Origin: Octopus sinensis
Lineage: Eukaryota
Reading direction: 5' to 3'
Assembly (NCBI RefSeq): GCF_006345805.1
Contig: NC_043018.1
Location: 1,364,001 to 1,428,000, forward strand
DNA length: 64,000 nucleotides
The notes under the pieces are model-generated. The model was not told the origin of the DNA, did not search any database, and saw only the letters and a list, made by a program, of their open reading frames with translations. A program made the position numbers and the translations under genes. Shown here in pieces: positions 27,324 through 40,766 of this stretch; position 1 is the first letter of the stretch; every line of letters starts with the position of its first letter.

Positions 27324-27890
27324 TAGGGTTGTCTGGAAAGTTCGTGCTGATTTATAGTAGCTTACCTTTCGACTTATTTTAGAACATGGTTGAGTCCATA
27401 AAATAGGATTTGACTACACTTCCATTTAGAGCACAGTAGGTTTAAGCTATCTTTTCGTGGAAGAAGGTTTATGGTCCTATAATCTGTGTTAATTCTGTAA
27501 CCCTTTAAAATGGAAGATAAGAAAGTTCATTTTCGGCACTTGATGTTTTGGGAACTAAACAAAAATTGCTGCAGCTCGGCTGGGATGTATTACTCGACCC
27601 TCCATATTCACCAGATATTGCTCCTTCGACTTTCCACTTATTCAGGTCTCTGCAGAATATACTTAATGGTAAAAATTTCAATTCCTTGGATGACGTAAAA
27701 AGATACCGTGATGAATTCTTGGCCATGAAACCACCTCAATTCTGGGAAGATGGTATTTTCAACTAAAAGGAAAGATGGAGATGCATTGTGCAAGAAAATG
27801 GTTCATATTTGGTTGATTAAGATATAATGGCAAGTATTTACTGACCTTTTTCCTTTAAAAGTCGGCACGAACTTTCCGGACAACCCCATA
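27324..27890 (+). mobile_element. Internally deleted non-autonomous mariner with both TIRs
   Basis: TIRs gggttgtctggaaagttcgtgctga / tcggcacgaactttccggacaacccc in TA context. MEDKKVHFRHL is fused to QKLLQLGWDVLLDPPYSPDIAPSTFHLFRSLQN. Confidence 0.9.
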
Positions 27891-28717
27891 TATCGTGTGT
27901 CGCTGTCCACCGTACATACGTAGAAAGTATGCGTATATTTATGATTATACAGCAACGTTAGGGTGTATATGGCATTTGCAAACAATCTCTGATTATTAGT
28001 TTTGTATATACAATGTATATAAAGACTAAATATACAAATATTTTCTCATCGAAGTGAAAGTAGAAACATATTTTAAGATATATTTTAGCGATAGAGGCAG
28101 TAGTAAAATATCTATAGCCATTTAAACCTGGACGTTCTCTTAGAACAAATGCTAACTACTGCAGTATAGTCTGGTCGAATAGAACATCGGCATTTAACTG
28201 GGGATAAACCTATTATCTTTGTGTGTGTGAATATGTGTGCATCGAGATACGTCTGGATTTAGCAATCGAATGGAGTACAATTACGATTGCTAATTCTACA
28301 CTATTCCAAATGTTTCCTAATATTCGATATGTTAAGTCATCTCTGCTCGTAAGTTATGTTCCTGAATTCAAAATCTGCCTGGTGTCTTACTGCATTTAAA
28401 ATCCCTTCCTTTGTGATTGTGAGGTTTTAAATTTTTGGCACAAATGCAGCAGTTTTGTGGGAGGGACTAGGTCGATTATATCGACTCCAGTATTCAAATG
28501 GTATATATTTCTATCGAATCGACCCCGAACGAATTAACGGTAAAGTCGACCTCAGCGGGAATTGAACCGAGAACGTAAAGACAGACGAAATGTCACGAAG
28601 CATTACGAGCACATAATACCATATATAATCCATATATAATACGAGAGAATTTGGTTTGACTATCGGGTGCGCAGAAATCTCTACCCATACATCACAAACA
28701 CGAACCTGCTTAACATA

Positions 28718-29089
28718 TCTTTATATATAAAAGGGAAGTTGTGTGTCTGTCTCCCACATTTTGCGGTGCAGTTTAAACAAAACCGGGTAACTTATAGTCG
28801 TGATTCATATCGAGCCTTTCTGGGTATTAGCGCGCGTCTACGATGAGTCTACAATTTAAAAAAAATTATCATAATTTTTTTCCATTTAATGCATTTTTGT
28901 CGCTATTATATAAGGGAAGTAACTCTCTAAAAATGTCTACGATGAGTCAACGATTTAAAAAAAAAAATTACCATCGTTTTTTTTTCCATTTTTAATGCAT
29001 TTTTTTGCTATTTTTGGCTATAACGCTTTAAAAATGCTTATATAGTTATTTACCTTACAAACCCGAGCAACGTCAGGCGATAATGCTAG
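28718..29089 (+). mobile_element. Non-autonomous Helitron (372 bp)
   Basis: A|TCtttatatataaaag ... cccgagcaacgtcagg (degenerate hairpin) ... CTAG|T, inserted at an AT dinucleotide. Internal ~99-bp-period repeat at 28836 and 28935. Confidence 0.8.
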
Positions 29090-29977
29090 TGGTAAATAAT
29101 CTATATTATTGGATTACATCAATGTTAAGGAGATTTTATAAATAATAGAAATACTTTATACACAGAAAATATAACATTGCGTTTTCAAATCTTCGGGGGT
29201 TCGTGTTGATATTTCGTTAGTTAACTTTATGCCTTATACATAATTCCAGAGTGTTTTGTGGTATCAGCGACCATGAGATTAGTTACGAAAACAACGAAGA
29301 ACATACATTTTTTCCCTTTTTATTTGTTTTCATTTCTTTTATTGGAGGAGGGGTGGTTGTTTTTGCTTGTATTGGTGGGGGAATTTGCCTATTTTCGATT
29401 TTTTTTAATGCAAATCTATTCTTTGCTCCTTGAAAATATATATTCCAGTGAAAGAAGTATTTCACTTTAGTAAGAATTCTTCGCAGGTTTATACTTGGAT
29501 ATATAGGAATACACATGAGAATCTTAGTAGTTATTTTCATCAAGCGATTTCAATCTGAATGTATATAAACATGTGTGTGGAGGGATGGTGTCTGGAGAGG
29601 TCAGAAAGTGCATATTTGAATTCATATATACAACTATATATATATATGTATATATATGTATATACACATATATATATATACACACACAGAAACATATGTA
29701 TATATATACATATGCGTATATAAGTATATATATATATATATACATACTAACATACAAATATACATATAAATATGTATATATATATATATGTATGTATGTA
29801 TGTATAAATATATATATATATTGTTTTTTATATACATTGTATATATGTTCTTCTATATATATATATTCTTTCTATATACATACAAAAATATGTATTTAAT
29901 TATATATATAGGAGTATGTATATATGAATGTTTATATATATATATATAGATAGATATAGATAGATAGATAGATAGAT

Positions 29978-30040
<63 letters not shown>

Positions 30041-30115
30041 TGTAGATAGATAGATAAATAAATAGATAGGTAGAGAGATAGAGAGATAAATAGGTAGATA
30101 GATAGATAGATATTT

Positions 30116-30162
<47 letters not shown>

Positions 30163-30708
30163 GGGAGATATTGCACCAAAGGAAATATATTTAGAAACTT
30201 ACCCTGGGTTTTCTACTTTTTTCCTACTTTATTTGGGTGGGGAAGTAATATTTATTTCCTTCAGGAAATCAAAATTTGAGTGTGCGAGGAATATTATTTT
30301 TATATTTCGCTTTTATATTTCAATGAATGTAAAGAAAGCACAAAAGCAAATCAAGTCACACTTATAAAAATATAAATAGAAAGGAATAATATGAGAAAGA
30401 AAATCAATTACTTCGAACTTCCAACAAATTTTTTCTTGCTTCGTATCCGAAATAAAACACAATAAATAATCTTATCTGTTGTAATTTTAATTCTCCGCAT
30501 TTCCTGATCCAAACAAAAGAAAACGTTTGCATTTGATTTCATATAACAAAACTTCTATTTCCTTAATTTCTTGCGGAATTCGCTATATTTTGGTTTATTT
30601 TACTTTAAACCGTTTCATCTCATTTTACTCCTGCATTTATACACGCAAATTCATTCAGAAACACATAACACTCGTATACATATACATATACATACATACA
30701 TACATACA

Positions 30709-30744
<36 letters not shown>

Positions 30745-31006
30745 TACATATATATATATATATCACATATTTTATGCGCGCGCGTGTGTATGTTATGTGT
30801 ACGATTATATATATATATATATATTTATATTGATATTGATATCTATGTATATGTATGTATATCATTATATATATGCATGTATATGTGTGATTATGTATAT
30901 ATTTATGTGTGTGTGTGAATACATGTGTGTGTATATATAAAATATATATACATATATATGTGAATATATATATGTATGCGTCTATATATATATGTATGTA
31001 TGTATA

Positions 31007-31076
<70 letters not shown>

Positions 31077-33128
31077 GTGAAGGTAGGGACGGAGAGAGAT
31101 AAATCTATATTTATTGATATATTCTTAGACACGTTGGTCGCTATATAGATATATAAACAAATAGTTACATTATACTTTACCCATTATTTTCATTCGGCTT
31201 TTGACTTTATTTTAATCAATTGTATCCTAAAACCATTCTATACTTGAAATAATATTAGAAATTCGTGCAACGATGTTCTTGCTTCTATAAAAAAAGTAAC
31301 GATCGATAATATTTAAAACTTGTTTTATCTTTGAAAACTGTTTCGCTTTTTTTTATTTTTCTTCCTAGCATCACGTCTATGATCGTCGTATTTTTCTCTT
31401 AAAAGCTTGACATTGAAATCATGCAATGTCGAGTCATTTAATATATATTCTTTTAAGTAAGTAATAAATATTTAGCACGAATATATACAGACCTGTAGGT
31501 TACAATGCTTCCCTGAAAATGCTTGATTAAGTTGTCAGAATATTTTAATTAAATATCTTAATGCTTTTATAAGAATTACTTTTCTCTACTTCTAAATGTT
31601 TGGATACTGCACGGTCGTGTGGTAAGAAGTTTATCTCCCAGCCACCTGGCCCCGAATTCAGTTGGCCCTTGTGCAAGTGGTCTCTTCTATAGTCTTAGGC
31701 CTAAGTGATGTTGACAGTAGGATGCTGAAAGTAGCCCGTCTCATATCTGTGTGTGTACGTGTGTATATGTGTGTGGAAGTGGAAGCACTCCGTCGGTCAC
31801 GACGATCAGGGATCCGGTTGATCCGAATCAACGGAACAGCCTGCTCGTGAAATTAACGTGTAAGTGGCTGAGCACTCCACAGACACGTGCACCCTTAACG
31901 TAGTTCTCGGGGATATTCAGTGTGTATGTATGTCGTGTATGAGTTTTTGTATGTGTTTGTCTCCCAACACTGCTACAGAATAGGTTTTGGTTTGAATACA
32001 TACCCCACGTTACTCAACGTTTCAGCTACCATGACCAATTGAACAAATACCAGGTTTAAATAAATTAAGAACTTGGGTCGATCAGTTCGATTAAAATTCC
32101 CCCAAGGTGATGCTCCAGCACGGCCACTGACTTACGACTGAAATAGATGTATGCTAGCAGTACTGCTATTTGAATATCAAGCCTTCATTATTGATATATT
32201 TAAAGATTAATCTTTGTCATTCATATCCGGCGTTGAACATCGAAGAATATCACTCCTGTCACAGAATTTCTAGTTTAAATGTATGATAGATCCGATGTTA
32301 CTTAGAAATAAGAGAAACAGCTGGAATAGATGTGAGAATTTACGTACCTAATCACTTATGGCAGTGACTGCCAAACTGTGTGCCGCGTTACAGTGGTGTT
32401 TTCGGGAACATTCGCAAAGTTCGAGCATAAATATAAGTTAATTATATATAGGCGTAGGAGTGGCTGTGTGGTAAGTAGCTTGCTTACGAACCACATGGTT
32501 CCGGGTTCAGTCCCACTGCGTGGCACCTTGGGCAAGTGTCTTCTACTATAGCCTCGGGCCGACCAAAGCCTTGTGAGTGGATTTGGTAGACGGAAACTGA
32601 AAGAAGCCCGTCGTATATATGTATATATATATATATGTGTATGTTTGTGTGTTGTGTTTGCCCCCTCCCCCAACATTGCCAGACAACCGATGCTGGTGTA
32701 TTTACGTCCCCGTAACTTAGCGGTTCGGCAAAAGAGACTGATAGAATAAGTACTAGGCTTACAAAGAATAACTCCTGGGGTCGATTTCCTCGACTAAAGG
32801 TGGTGCTCCAGCATGGCCACAGTCAAATGACTGAAACAAGTAAATAAATAAATGAAATACCGTAAACTATGGTATAAAAAATTAATTAAAGTACACGACG
32901 AATGAAAATATAAATAAATCAAAAATTAAAATCTAATACGACTACTAAACAATTTACTTATTGGAGTGACTGTGCGTTAAGTTGCTTGCTTACCAACCAC
33001 ATGACTCCAGGTTCAGCACCATTGCGTGGCACCTTGGGTAAGTGTCTTCCACTATAGCCACTAGCCGACTAAAGCCTTGTGATTGGATTTGGTAGACAGA
33101 AACTGAAAACTGAAAGAAGCCCGTCATA

Positions 33129-33172
<44 letters not shown>

Positions 33173-33193
33173 TGTGTGTGTGGTGTATATATA

Positions 33194-33235
<42 letters not shown>

Positions 33236-33655
33236 GCATGTTTGTGTGCGTATTTGTCCCCCCCCCTCATCACTTGACAACCGATGTTTGTGTGTTGGTG
33301 TCCCCGTAACTTGTCAGTTCGGCAACAGGGATCCGATAGAATAAGTACTAAGCTTACAAAGAATAAGTCCTGAGGTCGATTTGTTCGACTAATAGTGGTG
33401 CTCCAGCATAGCCGCAGTCAAGCGACTAAATCAAGTAAAATAATAAAAGCGTAAAGGAGACAATCCCGGTTTAAATGCAAAAATGTAATATTTTGTAGCT
33501 ACCAATATATTACATTTTAAATGTAATATTTAAACCAGGATTGCTTGTAAGTAAGTTGTTTAGTAGTAATTGTAGTTTTTATATTTTGATTTATTTATGA
33601 TTTACAGAAATTATTTTATGCTAATTTTAATCGATTTTTAGTTTTAGATTTAAAC

Positions 33656-35826
33656 ATGGACAAATTTTTTTTGCGACCTCAGAAGAATGAGAAGGAGAGT
33701 CATAGTAAACAAGACAAACAGCAGAATAAAATGTCCACCTCATCAAAACGAAAATATAATGAATATTACATCCAAAGTGCGTATATATTATCGGAAAAAG
33801 ACAATTCGGTTCCTTTTTTGTGTGGAAGCACTCCGTCGGTTACGACGATGAGGGTTCCGGTTGATCCGAATCAACGGAACAGCCTGCTCGTGAAATTAAC
33901 GTGTAAGCGGCTGAGCACTCCACAGACACGTGCACCCTTAACGTAGTTCTCGGGGATATACAGCGTGACACAGAGAGTGACAAGGCCGGCCCATTGAAAA
34001 ACAGGTACAACAGAAACAGGAAGAAAGAGTGAGAGAAAGTTGTGGTGAAAGAGTACATCAGGGATCACCACCATCCCCAGCCGGAGCCTCGTGGAGCTTT
34101 TTTTAGGTGTTTTTGCTCAATAAACACTCACAACGCCCGGTCTGGGAATCGAAACCGCGATCCTATGACCGCGAGTCCGCTGCCCTAACCACTGGCCATT
34201 GCGCCTCCACTCCTTTTTTGTATGATTTGTTTAGCAACTCTCTCAAATGAAGTGATGGTTCCCAGGAAACTTCAACATCATTTCATAACAAATAATCTGC
34301 AACGTAAGGAAAAACTAAGAGAATACTTTAAGAGGCTAAGAAATAATTGCAAAATTCAATCAAAAAGGCTGAAGAAATTTCACTCAATTCCCGAGAAATC
34401 TCAAATTGCTAGTTACAAGCTTGCACAGCTTTTGGTAAATAAGAAAAACATCACATTCTGATGTCGAAAATAGCCTTGGAGATCGCCGTTGGAACAATGA
34501 TTTGTGATGAAAGAATCAAACAAATTAAGACCATTCCTTTATCTACCCACACGATTTCTCGTTGATGATAAGCTCTGCAAACTGAAGCAAAAAATATATG
34601 AACTCGAAATCGTGTGGGCCTTGCAATGAAAGTACAGACACCAGCAACAAAGCTCAACTAATTTCAGTTCTGCGAATCATCAGACGTGGTAAAATCATAA
34701 ACCATTTATCGTTTTGTTGTGAATTGAAAGGAAAAAAAGACAGGATATGACTTCAACCTGTTAAACCTAGATGTCATATTGAGAGGGATGCAGTGGCAAA
34801 CTTATATTAGCATTTGCTCTTATGGCGCTCCATCTATGCATGGTCGATAAAAAGGATTTATGGCTTATTATTTAAAAAGTTTACATGTTAAAGTTGTACA
34901 TAGCATGATTCACCGCGAATTTTGGCGTCCGAATCTCTACCTGATTGCCTCCTGAAGGCGTTGGACAACGTTGCTAAAGTGTTGAATTACATAAAATCAT
35001 ATTCGCTGCGGTGCAGACACTTTTGATTCGTATGTGAAAGTATAGAATCTGATTTTAAGTGTTTACTGCTTCAGACAGAAGTGCGATGGCTCTCGAAAAG
35101 AAAAGTGCACTCTCGAGTTATCTCTTTACAAAATGAAATAATATGTTTCTTCGTTGATGAAAATTCTGGATTCGAAGTTCTTAACGATGATAATTGGCAG
35201 CTGGAAGTAGCAGTTCTCAATGATCTTTTTTAAGAAGTTGAATGTTTTAAACTTGAGTCTGCAAAGAGCGAACGAAAATATTATTACCATTACAGGTAAA
35301 TTAAAATCTTTAACCGACAAGTTAGAACAGTGGAGAAGGAAAACAGCTTGATTGCTTCTCAGGCGTAGTGGCTTTTCCAAACAGATTTGAAATCTTCTCA
35401 GAATTACAGAAGACAGTAGAAAACCGCTCTGTACTATTTTCAAAGTAGATTCCTTGATGTCATTATCAAATTTCCGAGTAAGTCATCAATCTTTTCGCAA
35501 GATACGACAGTACACACCTGCCATTCACATTAACAGAAGACAATTTATTAGACTTGAAAAACAATCCTGTGCACATAGCCTCATTTTCTGTGCTACACTT
35601 GTCAGAATTTTCGATTCCTCTTTGGAGCCAATATCGTCGACTAGCTATAACAGCTGTTAAACCTCTGTTGCCCTTTGGATCTTCGAATCTGGGGCAATTA
35701 GGTATCTCTGAGCTTATGGAAATGAAGTAAAAATAAAAGACCGAAACGATTACAAATGGTAGATGAGAATTTAAGTACTTGTTTATCAAATTTAGAGCCG
35801 GGTCATGATAAAATTCATTCTCAGAA
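33656..35826 (+). pseudogene. hAT transposase pseudogene (ZBED8/FAM200-like motifs)
   Basis: MDKFF...KRKYNEYYIQ...PF|CMICLATLSNEVMVPRKLQHH...IASYKLAQLL; C-terminal ...ENLSTCLSNLEP. Many stops and frameshifts; a SINE C is inserted at 33822. Confidence 0.8.
33822..34210 (-). mobile_element. SINE C inserted in the hAT ORF, 11-bp TSD
   Basis: TSD tccttttttgt at 33811-33821 and 34211-34221. Confidence 0.92.
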
Positions 35827-36063
35827 TAGATTGATCTTTCTCACTAAAATCTTACTATTGTATTATATGTATATATGTTCATAAAACCATATTATTCTAT
35901 TGTTACTACAATAAGAATTTCTTTATTTTTACTCATTCTAATAAAGTATATTCAATTTTCTTGGGATTTTTATTTGGTGTGCCGCAAAATAAATTCTCTT
36001 CGCTCAGTGTGTCGTAAGGGAAAAGAAATGTGGCAGACACTGATCTATGGTATACAACTGAAG

Positions 36064-36095
36064 TACAATAATACCCCGACTATCGCGGGCATTAC
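36064..36095 (+). mobile_element. Possible pogo/Tigger-like TIR
   Basis: TA-caataataccccgactatcgcggg resembles Tigger-type termini. I found no matching second end. Confidence 0.3.
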
Positions 36096-36549
36096 TGTGC
36101 ATAGTTCTTTATTATTTTTATAATTTTATAATATGTTTTTTTTTAAAATATAAATGCAGAAAAATACCATGGAGGAATCGCTGTAAGCTTCAATAAGTAA
36201 CCGTGATAGGTGAAAAGCGATATGGCAAGGAATTACTGGACAGTAAATTTACAAATAAAGAACCTACGAGGGTTTGATTTTTCTCACGCTGACCAATACA
36301 CGGATAATATATGAACAGTTTAAGTACGCTTTCAGATGCGTGACAGGTGGATCAAGGACAGAAATATGAACCAAGGCAAATATAGTAATATCATGGAACT
36401 TGCAATTTATCAAGTACGATGCAAAAGGTAGATGGTTGTACTGCTATTTTTCTTTAAAACTACGATGGAAGCGAAGCCATCGGAAATGTTTTAAAAGTAT
36501 TCAAGCATTGAAAGAAACGCTTCTTCTACTAAAGCAATGTCGATTATCT

Positions 36550-36686
36550 TTTACCTTCTAAAAAGTTTGTTTTTGTTTATTCCTTCTCGAGCCATGTCTG
36601 GCTCATAAGGGCCGGTTTCCCGGTTTCTTTGGCGTATAGGTTCCCCACCTGGATGGGACGCCGGTCCTTCGCAAGTGACCTGCAAC
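36550..36686 (-). mobile_element. Fragment of the V-like-tail SINE variant
   Basis: gcgaaggaccggcgtcccatccaggtgggg...gaaaccgg, similar to the tail at about 6990-7085. Confidence 0.6.
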
Positions 36687-37814
36687 CACTGAGCTGAGCG
36701 TCGCTGGTTGTCGTAAAAAAACCACTTGTCATCGGAAGTCACAATCCGTTCGAGAAACGGGTCGTTCTTGTTGCGTAAAAGAAGGGAAGATGACACGGCG
36801 AACTGATCGATCCAAGTTCTTAATTTATTTAAACCTGGTACATGTTCCATTGGTCAAGGTAGCTGAAACGTTACGTAACGTGGTGTATGTATTCAAACCA
36901 AAACCTTTTCTGTAGCGGTGTTGGGAGACAAACACATACAAAAACTCATACACGACATACGTGCACATATATACACACGTACACACAAATATGAGACGGG
37001 CTACTTTCAGCATCCTACTGTCAACATCACTTAGGCCTAAGGCTATAGAAGAGACCACTTGCACAAGGGTCCGCTGAATTCGGGGCCAAGTGGCTGGGAG
37101 ATAAACTTCTTACCACACGACCGTGCAGTATCCACAGATTTCGAAGTTGAGAATAGTAATTCTTGTAAAAGCATTAAGATATTTAATTAAAATATTCCGA
37201 CAACTTAATCAAGCATTTTCAGGGAAGCATTGTAACCTACAGGGTCCACTGAATTTATTTTTTTGCCTGTCGTTCAGTTCTTGCGGCACCGATTTCTCAA
37301 GTATTTTTGTTTCCCCAATCTCTTTCAAATGGTTGGAATTTGTCGTATGCGTTACGACTAATTCAGAAGCAAACTCTCGAACAGTCCGTGCGTGGATTGG
37401 CTTCGATTAAGGCTCTTAGTTGATCGTTGTCAACATCTGATGGCCGACCACTACGCTTATCATATTTCGTCACCGCTCGAGAAATTCTTGAACCACCATT
37501 TTGCTGTACGTTCATTAGTGGTTCCTGAGCCAAACGCATCGTTGATATCGCGAACTGCTTCAGCAGCTTTTTGGCCTAGCTTGAACTGGAATAAGAAAAT
37601 TGAGCGAATTTGCTTTCTGTCCATGTTGTATACAACGTTCCCGAAAAAAATGGCCTAATTTTTCAAGGAGATAAAGAGTAACACGATTAGATAGAGCGAG
37701 TAACGGGATTTAAAATGATATATACAATGAAAGTAAATTAAAGAAAATGAATTGGAAAATACACCATTTAAAACACAAATTAAAAATTCCGCAAGAACTT
37801 TCATGACAACATAA
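36685..37814 (-). pseudogene. mariner 5' half (TIR plus N-terminal transposase), split by a 445-bp duplicated segment
   Basis: MDRKQIRSIFLFQFKLGQKAAEAVRDIN (ATG at 37624)...VPQELNDRQK, then the insert, then SSSLLLRNKNDPFLERIVTSDDKWFFYDNQRRSAQWL. TIR ttatgttgtcatgaaaagttcttgcg. Confidence 0.85.
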
Positions 37815-38314
37815 TACATACATATATGTACATACTTGCCTATATACGTAGATACATATATTCATGCATATATGTATGTATTGAAGCCTATATGTATGTG
37901 AGTGTGTTTCTGTGTGTTTATTTGCAAGGCCCTCGCTATTTTTTCCTTCACAACAACGAAACGAAAACGTGAAAGTGTACTACGACTCCACACGTTATCA
38001 GTTTCTGATATTTATTTCAGCCATACAGACAAACTGCGTAGTGACAATAGTAAGCGACTACTGAATAGATTCGTCACCGACACACAGTAGAGCTACACAA
38101 TAAAAGTATATTTGACCAGAAATATTTTGTATATATTATCGTTAAAGAAAACAATATATGATGGATGGCATTAGTAAAACTCGGAAAAAAGCTAAAGTAC
38201 ATATATATACATAAATATATACATATTTATGTAAGTATGTATGTGTGTGTATATATATATTCTATGTATATGCGTATATATACATATATATATATATATA
38301 GGTATATATATATA

Positions 38315-38384
<70 letters not shown>

Positions 38385-38763
38385 GTGAACATATGTAGAT
38401 AAATGGATTAATAGATAGACTGATATTGGAAAAACAATCAAAGCCAGACCTAAGCACCTGCTATTTGTTTTATAAATATATGGTTTAATAATTCAAATAC
38501 GAGTCTCATGTATGTACTATTAGATATAATCTCATGATATATTTTGCAGGTATATACCTATATCAATCTAGCTGTTTATCTGTCTATCTATAGTTATTTT
38601 TTAATGGACATATATTTAGAGATGTTGCGTTTCTGTGTGTGTATATATATATATGTTTATATATACATATGTGTTTGTGCTTGTGTATTTATCTGTATCT
38701 TTTCATACGTAGACATATACTTATCTCTCTCTCTCTCTCTCCATCTGTATATGTATATTATAT

Positions 38764-38795
<32 letters not shown>

Positions 38796-38843
38796 AATAT
38801 ACATATACAGATGTATATGTATATTTATATATATATATATATA

Positions 38844-38894
<51 letters not shown>

Positions 38895-39004
38895 TCACGA
38901 AATTGCGAAGATGATCCGGTTCTTGACTAATGATGAAGGCTTCGAAGTCCGTCCGTATTTTTTGTATGTCTTCTAAATGTTTCATTCCCAGTTTGTATTT
39001 TTAC

Positions 39005-39059
<55 letters not shown>

Positions 39060-40444
39060 CTTACACACAATGACACACACACACGTACGCACACGCACGC
39101 ACACACAGACACTCACACACTCACAGATACATACATATATGCGTATATACATACATATATGTATATATATATATATATATATAAAACCTAGATGAATAAG
39201 GAATATCTCACAAGTATGCTAGTGCAATTCAGGTACTGGGTAACCACAGCGTAAAATATGGAAATACAGAAAATTGTTTACATAAGCTGTTACACGGTAT
39301 TTCACAGGTTAATCCTTACTTTGTTTATTTAGATTTTATACAGAGTGTACATTCGAGACATTAATGTAAGAATGGATAACATTGACACATCGAAGCTCTT
39401 TATTACTGTATTATAAACACAATATTTTTACTCTTTTACTCTTTTACTCTTTTACTTGTTTCAGTCATTTTGACTGCGGCCATGCTGGAGCACTGCCTTT
39501 AGTCGAGCAAATCGACCCCGGGACTTATTCTTTGTAAGCCCAGTACTTATTATATCGGGTCTCTTTTTGCCGAACCGCTAAGTGACGGGGACGTAAACAC
39601 ACCGGCATCAGTTGTCAAGCAATGCTAGGGGGACAAACACAGACACACAAACATATACACACACTTATATATATATATACATATATACGACAGGCTTCTT
39701 TCAGTTTCCGTCTACCAAATCCACTCACAAGGCATTGGTCGGCCTGGGGTTATAGCAGAAGACACTTGCCCAAGGTGCCACGTAGTGGGACTGAACCCGT
39801 AAGCACGTGGTTGGTTAGCAAGCTACTTACCACACAGCCACTCCTATCTACTTCAAATCAATACCCGACACCTGTTTCAACTGCATTTTAAGATGTGTCA
39901 TTTAGTTGTATTTTGTTGGTTCATACCCGTAAAAAGGTTCATCCAAGTTGTACTATGAATGCAGGTTTATTCAAAGTATTACCATGTGTTTCTGAAACCT
40001 GACGAGTTTAGTGTTTGATAGTCTTATTGTAAATAGAATTTAGATGGGAGATGTATGCGTTCTGTGCAAAGGATAACAAAGTTTTTTTGTGAAATAGGAT
40101 ATGACCAGAAAGTTATCTATTAAACCTAGATGTATGTCTCATGTATGTACTATTAGATATAATCTCATGATATATTTTGCACGTATATACCTATATCAAT
40201 CTACCTGTTTCTCTGTCTACTTATAGTTACTTTTAATGGACATATATTTAGAGATGTGTGCGTTTCTGTGTGTGTATATATATATATAGATATGAGAAAA
40301 AGATCTATCAGAAAGGAACTCTATCTCTCTTAAAAAAATATCTTTTGATAAGTATAACAAATGCGCAACCGGTAAAAAGAACTTTCACCTAATTAAATAC
40401 ACTCTCCCTTACTTAAATTATTTTGTCAGCATTTTCTTCATGTC

Positions 40445-40454
<10 letters not shown>

Positions 40455-40482
<28 letters not shown>

Positions 40483-40726
40483 AATATTAGGGAATAAATC
40501 CAAATTTACAGGGAAAAAATCAGATTTAGGATTAAATCCAATTTTATAGTAAAGTATTATATAATATTATTAGAGACAAAACCACTATTTTGCAAATCAA
40601 ACAAGGAAAGACTTAATCAATACATAAAATTTTAATAAAATTTTTATAAAAAGTCAAAAAATCAAATTTTATGTATTGATTAAGTCTTTCCTTGTTTGTT
40701 TTGCAAAATAGTGGTTTTGTCTCTAA

Positions 40727-40737
<11 letters not shown>
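40455..40737. repeat. Fold-back PLE-like end: 74-bp inverted arms with a 31-bp spacer
   Basis: 40559-40632 versus 40664-40737, one mismatch; flanked by (TA)n. Confidence 0.85.

Positions 40738-40766
<29 letters not shown>

Larger units (their letters stand above)
32362..36042 (+). mobile_element. Full-length decayed hAT (Buster/Charlie-like) DNA transposon with nested SINEs
   Basis: TIRs cagtgactgcca / tggcagacactg (11/12); 8-bp flanks acttatgg / atctatgg with central TA; transposase remnants between them. Confidence 0.85.
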
